From a phage, in the NCBI GenBank assembly GCA_012813795.1, contig GCA_012813795.1_4087.1: a DNA stretch of 64,000 nucleotides, one strand, 5' to 3'. Position 1 is the first letter of the stretch. The number at the start of each line of letters is the position of its first letter. The notes beneath the pieces are model-generated. The model was not told where the DNA came from, made no database searches, and saw only the letters and a list, made by a program, of their open reading frames with translations. The position numbers and the translations under genes are program-made. Positions 57,667 to 64,000 of the stretch are shown here, one piece after another.

Positions 57667-58599
57667 TCAAAATAGTCCAGGTTCCACCTGAAATACTTTC
57701 AAGCCTAGTAGCTTACGCCACATGAATACAACTTGTGATCTATCATCAAATACTTTCTTAACATCGTAATGATTAACAACGTTATTCATATACAACTCGA
57801 ATTTGACAACATCATCAGGACGTTTATCATCGATAGCTCGCATTAACAATACATCGTAGGGAATGCCCCAATTCTTAAGCCACTGTTCAGTATCAGCACG
57901 ACACCCTTCAGTACGCCCACTCATGACGATTACCTTACGCTTATGGAAAACAGCCTCAGCAATGACAGACAGAATTACTTCTTCATCTGGTGTATCCTGA
58001 AGGACAGTACTTTCATCAAACGGGTTACGTCCCCACTTATGAGCAAGAGTACCGTCGATATCAACAATGATAGCAGCTTCACGTGCATTACCATAGTAAC
58101 CAATGTGCATCGCCTTACTATAATAGTACGTATTTGCCATAGTGTCAATGATTTCATCTTGTACTGAACGCTCACGCTGGAGGTTATATTTCTTACAAAG
58201 TTTTACGAACTCTTTAATCTTAAAGAATTCATGAACATCTGCACCACGGTCTTCATTAGGTACAAAATCATCATAGAAGTTCTTTTCTTTGTAATCATAA
58301 CCATTATCTTTAGCCCACATTTTCCATTGATCACGGAAATGTGGTTTAAGGTTCGTATCGGATACGATGATATTCCAACTATTCTCCGCTGCTGAATTTG
58401 CTGCACTGAACTGTAAATTAGTTACGTACTTCTCATTAGCATCGTTGAATTTGTAAGCATCATGTGACCCAGCCATAGATTCACGAATATCATCACGGTT
58501 GATGTTGATAGTCTTGGATTTGGCTTTTTTAATCTCTTGCACTGCCCATGTAGTTTTACCACACCCTGGCAATCCAACTGTTAGTGTAATAGTTGGCAT
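57667..58599 (-). CDS. pseT: polynucleotide 5'-kinase/3'-phosphatase
   Basis: 310 aa; N-terminal P-loop GLPGCGKTT and C-terminal HAD-type phosphatase motif IVDIDGTLA, the T4 Pnk architecture; ATG verified. Confidence 0.85.
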   Translation of the reverse strand: MPTITLTVGLPGCGKTTWAVQEIKKAKSKTININRDDIRESMAGSHDAYKFNDANEKYVTNLQFSAANSAAENSWNIIVSDTNLKPHFRDQWKMWAKDNGYDYKEKNFYDDFVPNEDRGADVHEFFKIKEFVKLCKKYNLQRERSVQDEIIDTMANTYYYSKAMHIGYYGNAREAAIIVDIDGTLAHKWGRNPFDESTVLQDTPDEEVILSVIAEAVFHKRKVIVMSGRTEGCRADTEQWLKNWGIPYDVLLMRAIDDKRPDDVVKFELYMNNVVNHYDVKKVFDDRSQVVFMWRKLLGLKVFQVEPGLF

Positions 58600-58911
58600 T
58601 TAATCCTCAATAAATTTCACATTCTTTAGATTGTACCACGAAAAACGTTCATGACGTGTGTTGTGTCCTATAGTTACTTCTACATAGCACTCGTCAGTAA
58701 TGTGATGAGTAACTACATGAAATTTGACATTAACATCACTAATGATAGTTTCGAACCATGTTTTAGTGTTGTAATCCCAGCATTCAACTTTCTTACCAAT
58801 GAGTGATTTCTTGTATTGTGTAATCATATCATGAACAATTTCAGAAATAGTATTAGTTAATTCAATTTCTGCATTCATTAAATTATGAAGTTCTTTTAAT
58901 GCTTTATTCAT
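58600..58911 (-). CDS. small protein, K-[YL]-[IV]-G-[KR]-x-V family
   Basis: 103 aa; contains KSLIGKKVECW. Confidence 0.5.
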   Translation of the reverse strand: MNKALKELHNLMNAEIELTNTISEIVHDMITQYKKSLIGKKVECWDYNTKTWFETIISDVNVKFHVVTHHITDECYVEVTIGHNTRHERFSWYNLKNVKFIED

Positions 58912-59183
58912 TAGATTACCTCAATAATATCATCAATTGAGATATCAATACAATTATCGACAATGATATTCAATGTAAAATCATCATCTACATATACATT
59001 AGTGATTTTACCATAAACATTCATCCCATCATAAGATGATTTATAACGTACTCTTTTGTTAATATATTTTGCACGTAGAGTATTACTCTCACGGTACAAT
59101 ATATCCGTCAAACATTCTGATAGTACTTTATAATATAACAAATCACTTGAATGATTGTTTTTCATTGTATTTCCCAACTCCAA
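58911..59183 (-). CDS. small protein, K-[YL]-[IV]-G-[KR]-x-V family
   Basis: 90 aa; contains AKYINKRVRYK. Confidence 0.5.
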   Translation of the reverse strand: MELGNTMKNNHSSDLLYYKVLSECLTDILYRESNTLRAKYINKRVRYKSSYDGMNVYGKITNVYVDDDFTLNIIVDNCIDISIDDIIEVI

Positions 59184-59379
59184 ATCGCTTGGAGATTTTT
59201 ACAAGTACAGCTTCATCACAACGAATACTAGCAGTGTTATTGGATGAACTGTACTTTAAGGGGGTCCACTGTAATTGAGATTCTTCAAGGAACTTGATAC
59301 ATCTGAAGTAATCTTTCAGAGAAAGAAACTTAACCACTGACATATCCTGAACAATACTATGCTGAACTTCAACTTTCAT
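59143..59379 (-). CDS. hypothetical small protein
   Basis: 78-aa track ORF. Confidence 0.45.
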   Translation of the reverse strand: MKVEVQHSIVQDMSVVKFLSLKDYFRCIKFLEESQLQWTPLKYSSSNNTASIRCDEAVLVKISKRFGVGKYNEKQSFK

Positions 59380-59388
59380 ATGAACTCC

Positions 59389-59646
59389 TTATAGTGGATC
59401 GAATTTATTTTCACGTTTCGATGTATAGCGAGTTACATCATGTATTCTCGGCTTAACATCCTTTGGTTTCCTTTTCTTCTTATATTCAGTACTACTACAC
59501 CCAAAAGTATTCTCGATTCGCTTCTTACTAATCTTCACACCTTTCATTGAGCGTTTGTGCTGTAAATCATCGATTTCTTGTTGTATTTTCCTGAACTCAG
59601 TAGGAGAAAGGGAACCATCATTTTTATACTTAGGTTTAGCCATCAC
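59389..59646 (-). CDS. small basic protein
   Basis: 85 aa, K/R-rich. Confidence 0.45.
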   Translation of the reverse strand: MMAKPKYKNDGSLSPTEFRKIQQEIDDLQHKRSMKGVKISKKRIENTFGCSSTEYKKKRKPKDVKPRIHDVTRYTSKRENKFDPL

Positions 59647-59672
59647 TTCTCCTTGTGCTGGGCTAGTTAGTA

Positions 59673-60818
59673 CTAAAAATCCTTTAGTACATCTTTGTAG
59701 TACTTTAGTAAAGTCTCTTTATAATCGACACTTTTGCCATTGTACAACGCAAAGGCCAAGCCTTGTCGGTTCAATACATTAGGTAAATCTTGCTGAACCT
59801 TTTGAGCGAATTCCTTTCGCTCTAAGTGCTTGTATGCATGGACGAAGCTTTCTACCTCATCTTGTAAAGCATTATAGCACGAAAATACCAATTGTTCCAT
59901 TCTTAATATCTTATCCATAGCATATGTATCAGTACTGAACAATTGTTTTAAGTCATCACTTGCACCAGTCAGTACAGCTTCATATAAATGGGAATCAATA
60001 AGAATGGAATCTTTTGTTAAATGCAAAGAGCAATACCAGTCAGTTTTGATTTTGCACATTGTACCATCTTTCATTATACACACAAAACCTTCAATGTCAA
60101 GCATAGAACGTACTTTATCGATTGACTCTTTAAATGTAGGCATAATCGGGAATGTATGATGAATGTCATTACCTGTCATATTAGTACTGTACTGTGAAAG
60201 GCATGGAAACTTATCACGTAGTGCTTTACCGCATAACAACTCACCACTAATACGATGACGAACGTTAAGAACAAATAACTGTTCCACCTGATATGGTAAC
60301 ACAATTCGATACTCTGGGCTTGTGTATTCCAGATTCACAGTATAGCCCAAACGGTCTGCTTCATCAATGTATTGATAGAGATTTTGGTTCTCGTTCAAAA
60401 GTCGAGTACTGTTAATAGCATGGTCAGAAGATAACGAAGTGTGTGATTTACAACGGATTTCACCATCGTTATCACGGAATGTGCTGATGATAGAACCATC
60501 TAGCTTAGGCATTACAACCGCAATATCATCACAGGTAGTATCAGTACTGAACATTGTGTACGGGTTTTCATATGCATTGAAGAACTTTTTCATTGTACGT
60601 GCTGCACAACGAATCATAATTCCGTTGGAATCGATTTCCCACATAGAACCACGAGTTTCTAGTGCATTTTTATTTGTGAAATCGGTATAAGATGCCAGAC
60701 GATAGGTGAATACACGGTATAAACCACCACCAGGGCTTGTATGATCTATATAGAAAAATGCATCATTAGATTCACATAGTTCCATTAAATCATTGTATAT
60801 TTCTCGCAAATTACTCAT
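59673..60818 (-). CDS. rnlA: RNA ligase 1 (T4 Rnl1-like)
   Basis: 381 aa; nucleotidyltransferase motif I KxDG in VMPKLDGSIIS about 100 aa from the N-terminus; size matches T4 Rnl1; ATG verified. Confidence 0.8.
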   Translation of the reverse strand: MSNLREIYNDLMELCESNDAFFYIDHTSPGGGLYRVFTYRLASYTDFTNKNALETRGSMWEIDSNGIMIRCAARTMKKFFNAYENPYTMFSTDTTCDDIAVVMPKLDGSIISTFRDNDGEIRCKSHTSLSSDHAINSTRLLNENQNLYQYIDEADRLGYTVNLEYTSPEYRIVLPYQVEQLFVLNVRHRISGELLCGKALRDKFPCLSQYSTNMTGNDIHHTFPIMPTFKESIDKVRSMLDIEGFVCIMKDGTMCKIKTDWYCSLHLTKDSILIDSHLYEAVLTGASDDLKQLFSTDTYAMDKILRMEQLVFSCYNALQDEVESFVHAYKHLERKEFAQKVQQDLPNVLNRQGLAFALYNGKSVDYKETLLKYYKDVLKDF

Positions 60819-61123
60819 CTAATTACCTCTATATCTACATCTGTGCCATAGTAGGAAACGTAACCATTATCTGACTTACATTGAATTGATAACTCTGATT
60901 CATAGTATGTTACTTTGTTCACTGTTAGAACTTTTTCTTCAATTTCTCCCGTTAAATAATCCATTTCACGAACACGAACGTTGGTTCCTTTTGGGAGTTC
61001 TTGTGCAATTTTATTAACAAGTTCAAAAGCAGCTTCTTCAAGTGTGTGCAACAATTGCAATCTATCTTGGATATTCATATTATTTCCACCAACTGGTATC
61101 TCGACCACCAGACAAAGATTCAT
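60815..61123 (-). CDS. hypothetical small protein
   Basis: 102-aa track ORF. Confidence 0.45.
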   Translation of the reverse strand: MNLCLVVEIPVGGNNMNIQDRLQLLHTLEEAAFELVNKIAQELPKGTNVRVREMDYLTGEIEEKVLTVNKVTYYESELSIQCKSDNGYVSYYGTDVDIEVIR

Positions 61124-61769
61124 TGTACTGATGCCTGAAATTAGTATTTGGATTATTTGTCATTGTACTAATAAAATCAAATTTAGTGTTCTCTTGGATA
61201 TATTCAATAACACTATCTTTAAACTTGATAGTACTGAAATCTAAATCCAAATGTTCATACGATACTGGATGACAAAACTCATGATTACACAATGATCTCA
61301 TCGTATCTTTAATGTATTGTACGGTGTTAATCATTGCTTCATAGTCTGGCATTGCACGCATCATCATAAGCTGGAAGTGTTCTTCCTCTGTCATTGATTC
61401 ATCCAAATCAATAACAACTTCTTCATTCTTAGAGTCATATACTTTAATCTTACTATTCGTAGGGTCAAGCATAGCCCAATCAGGGTACAGGCATGTTTTC
61501 CAGAAAGGATTATTACACTGAAACATACTGACCAGTACTTGATTTTTATCGAAGATTGCAAAACCAAGATCATTACTGGGCTGTACTTCACACACATATA
61601 TATCATATGCAGAGTCTTCAGTGCAGAATGAACCAACTACATTTGATATATGAGTGTATGGAGTTTCTCTTGATTTTAATTCAAAGGCTCTCTCCATGCG
61701 GTTAATCTGTGGTTGTAAAGTAATTACACCCCTTAGTACATATAAAATTCTATCTAAATCTTTAATCAA
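61080..61769 (-). CDS. hypothetical protein
   Basis: 229-aa track ORF. Confidence 0.5.
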   Translation of the reverse strand: MIKDLDRILYVLRGVITLQPQINRMERAFELKSRETPYTHISNVVGSFCTEDSAYDIYVCEVQPSNDLGFAIFDKNQVLVSMFQCNNPFWKTCLYPDWAMLDPTNSKIKVYDSKNEEVVIDLDESMTEEEHFQLMMMRAMPDYEAMINTVQYIKDTMRSLCNHEFCHPVSYEHLDLDFSTIKFKDSVIEYIQENTKFDFISTMTNNPNTNFRHQYNESLSGGRDTSWWK

Positions 61770-62344
61770 AATTCTATCCCCGTGTCGGTTAATTTTGCCC
61801 CGTCCATGTACCTGACAGTTATTTCAATACGACTCTCGGTACTCAATTTCTGAAGTTCACTGTAGTACAATTTAAATTCTTCAAAGAACTCAAACGGTGG
61901 AATATCGAATAGAGTACTCATCTGGAAGTGCTCAGGTAAGCCAAAATCTAATATATTAATCTTAGGAATAAGACCATCTGATGCTGCACCTTCAGGTGTA
62001 CTGCTATCTGCTATATAAAACATAGAATCACCATGACGCTGGATAACGAATATACAATCATCTTCAGTTACATAAATTATATTTCCTAGGTATGGATCAT
62101 TATCACACCACTCATCATGGACGAGTTCTTCAACTTGAAGTAAATCTTTTATAATTCCCTGCCCACTATCATCAACTCGAATATGTAAACTAGAATCATC
62201 TTTACTCAACCAGCGGTATCTGGCATCTGATTCTGATTCCATGAATGGATATTTGGAAAAATCCATATCAGTACCGTTATAATACCAATTGTACCACTCA
62301 TTACGCATAGTAATCAGCTTAGTACTTAATTCTACAATATTCAT
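61766..62344 (-). CDS. hypothetical protein
   Basis: 192-aa track ORF, acidic. Confidence 0.5.
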   Translation of the reverse strand: MNIVELSTKLITMRNEWYNWYYNGTDMDFSKYPFMESESDARYRWLSKDDSSLHIRVDDSGQGIIKDLLQVEELVHDEWCDNDPYLGNIIYVTEDDCIFVIQRHGDSMFYIADSSTPEGAASDGLIPKINILDFGLPEHFQMSTLFDIPPFEFFEEFKLYYSELQKLSTESRIEITVRYMDGAKLTDTGIEF

Positions 62345-62640
62345 TTTAGTTTTAACCTTTTAGCAACATATTCTCTTAATTTTCCATCAGGAAGTTCTAC
62401 TACAAAATATGGATGATATGTTAGTCTCAGTGTAACCCTTTTTATTACACCTCGGTCATATGATATGGGAATTCCATAGGGATCATCAATTTCAACTTCC
62501 TTGCCATATAACATTGCATTGCAGGTATAGGTGTATTGCGTGAGTATACCGTGCATAGCACTGACGGAACCACCACTGCTCCATCTGGCAGCATCTGCGA
62601 GCATTGTTATCGTACTACTAACTAATTGTATTTTGTCCAT
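62341..62640 (-). CDS. hypothetical small protein
   Basis: 99 aa; contains MLYGKEVEI, possibly a distant member of the small-protein family. Confidence 0.45.
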   Translation of the reverse strand: MDKIQLVSSTITMLADAARWSSGGSVSAMHGILTQYTYTCNAMLYGKEVEIDDPYGIPISYDRGVIKRVTLRLTYHPYFVVELPDGKLREYVAKRLKLK

Positions 62641-62683
62641 AATGTACCTACAAAAAAGACCAGCAATCCATGCTGGCCTGTAC

Positions 62684-62962
62684 TTATTTTAATTCTTTAT
62701 ACGTGTATATACCAACAGTATCATTTGAGAAAATAATATAAAAATACACACCATGTGTATCAAAATCAATTTCATCAATGATACCTGATTTATTCATTGA
62801 TTTATGTGTAACTTCTTTATTAGTATAAAGTGGAATAAACTCAGAAGAAAAATCATCTATCAAAGCCCTTATATCGTCTATGTATGGTTTATTTTTAATA
62901 TACATATCACCATAAAGTTCTAAAAGATATTCATATATCCACACATCTCTTTGTAAATTCAT
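62684..62962 (-). CDS. hypothetical small protein
   Basis: 92 aa; contains LYTNKEVTHK. Confidence 0.45.
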   Translation of the reverse strand: MNLQRDVWIYEYLLELYGDMYIKNKPYIDDIRALIDDFSSEFIPLYTNKEVTHKSMNKSGIIDEIDFDTHGVYFYIIFSNDTVGIYTYKELK

Positions 62963-62970
62963 AACTTACC

Positions 62971-63699
62971 TTAGAAGTAAATCATACCAAGTAATTCAGA
63001 ATCATCAGGTCTGTTATAATCTTGCTTCTTAACTTTGAAGTAGAAAGACTCATGTTCTTCTAAATTATATCTCTTTTTAAGGCAACGTGTATAAGTTTGA
63101 CAGTTAGGTGTGACCCATTCATAAATGTGGACACCATTCTCATCATAACCATTTACACTACAACGATTGCCTTCGTGCTTTTTGTAGTTTTTACTCTTTT
63201 CAGTAAATTCACGAGCACATGTGGTATGTGGTTTTTTATAATCAAAAGGTACTTCAGTTATACGGAAATAATAGAAAAATTCGTCTTCATCATATCCCAA
63301 GAGCACTGTGTTAGTTTCACGTACATTGTAATGATTCTTACTTTTTGCTTCATTTTCGTATATATCTTTCAGTACTTCATCAAATACTACATCACTTGCA
63401 GCATTCGGGTTTGACACACCTGATACACGGCGTTCAATAATAAAATCGGTAAACTTACGTTCTTCTTCAATATCACCGTTCATATACAGACTAACAAACT
63501 TATCCTTGTATGTTTTGACTGAATATTGTTTACCTTGCACTTCACTGTATACATCAGCTAGTAAATTCTCTTGTCCGCATTGGACACCACTTACTGAATA
63601 TGCAGTTGCATGTTCTGCCATTACGGATGTTAGCATTTGGAAATTTGCAATGTTTAATTGGTTTGCTAACTCGCTGGCAAATCTGATACGGTCAATCAC
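62971..63699 (-). CDS. hypothetical protein
   Basis: 242-aa track ORF. Confidence 0.5.
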   Translation of the reverse strand: MIDRIRFASELANQLNIANFQMLTSVMAEHATAYSVSGVQCGQENLLADVYSEVQGKQYSVKTYKDKFVSLYMNGDIEEERKFTDFIIERRVSGVSNPNAASDVVFDEVLKDIYENEAKSKNHYNVRETNTVLLGYDEDEFFYYFRITEVPFDYKKPHTTCAREFTEKSKNYKKHEGNRCSVNGYDENGVHIYEWVTPNCQTYTRCLKKRYNLEEHESFYFKVKKQDYNRPDDSELLGMIYF

Positions 63700-63757
63700 T
63701 CTACACGCTCCTTGTGTTAGATATTATTCCATACCAACAATTATATCACTACTTATA

Positions 63758-63997
63758 CTACTGTCCCGCTTTATAACAATAAAGATTCTCTAATTTGAAG
63801 TCCGCAAGGTCACATTCAGAACGTACTCGGTTCTTGTTCCAGTACAAAATACGAATCCTTTCATAATCACGATAAACACTAATAATGCTTTTGTGCTTGG
63901 ATTTATAGTATTCCTGCACAGTCACAAGATACACGGTCCTCAATAAAGACTTAATGGGATAGGGCATATTCTGTGCTGTAGTAATACTATAAATCAT
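63758..63997 (-). CDS. hypothetical small protein
   Basis: 79-aa track ORF starting 3 nt from the window end. Confidence 0.4.
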   Translation of the reverse strand: MIYSITTAQNMPYPIKSLLRTVYLVTVQEYYKSKHKSIISVYRDYERIRILYWNKNRVRSECDLADFKLENLYCYKAGQ

Positions 63998-64000
63998 CTT

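Noticed and set aside
1-64000. CRISPR arrays, rRNA genes, transposons or integrase/att sites
   Set aside because: No direct-repeat/spacer arrays, no rRNA-like conserved stretches, and no transposase or integrase motifs were seen; the content is consistent with a virulent phage.
1-64000. AGTACT enrichment explained by codon usage alone
   Set aside because: Not accepted as sufficient: the motif prefers a C before and a G after (codons ending in C are otherwise disfavoured in this AT-rich genome), also occurs out of frame, and appears in intergenic hairpins. This needs a quantitative test.

Overview
This 64-kb window reads as a slice of a large virulent T4-like (Tevenvirinae-type) myovirus genome. 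It is AT-rich, more than 90% coding, and carries about 110 mostly small genes, nearly all on the minus strand, with short or ATGA-type overlaps and hairpin/T-run terminators. I could assign these by motif: thymidine kinase, anaerobic ribonucleotide reductase NrdD/NrdG with a GrcA-like (T4 Y06I-type) glycyl-radical spare part, dCMP deaminase, ATP-dependent DNA ligase, polynucleotide kinase, RNA ligase 1, PhoH, ClpP, a spanin pair, an HNH endonuclease, and two phosphatases. Less expected for a T4-like phage are a canonical Sir2 gene translationally coupled to a Nudix gene, an HslV-like hydrolase, a secreted ClpP/S49-like protease, an ACP-like protein, an RlaP-like nucleotidyltransferase and a second small deaminase. 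A late-promoter-driven locus holds two ~900-aa fiber-like paralogs plus a short gene sharing their C-terminal domain. A single 9.8-kb plus-strand cassette encodes four proteins built from about 30 Ig-like repeats. The most striking signal is the palindromic octamer CAGTACTG, which I count about 45-50 times by eye against an expectation near one. No rRNA, tRNA, CRISPR array or transposon was found. All calls rest on motif reading without database searches; coordinates of hairpins and motifs are approximate to a few nucleotides, and most start codons were not individually verified.
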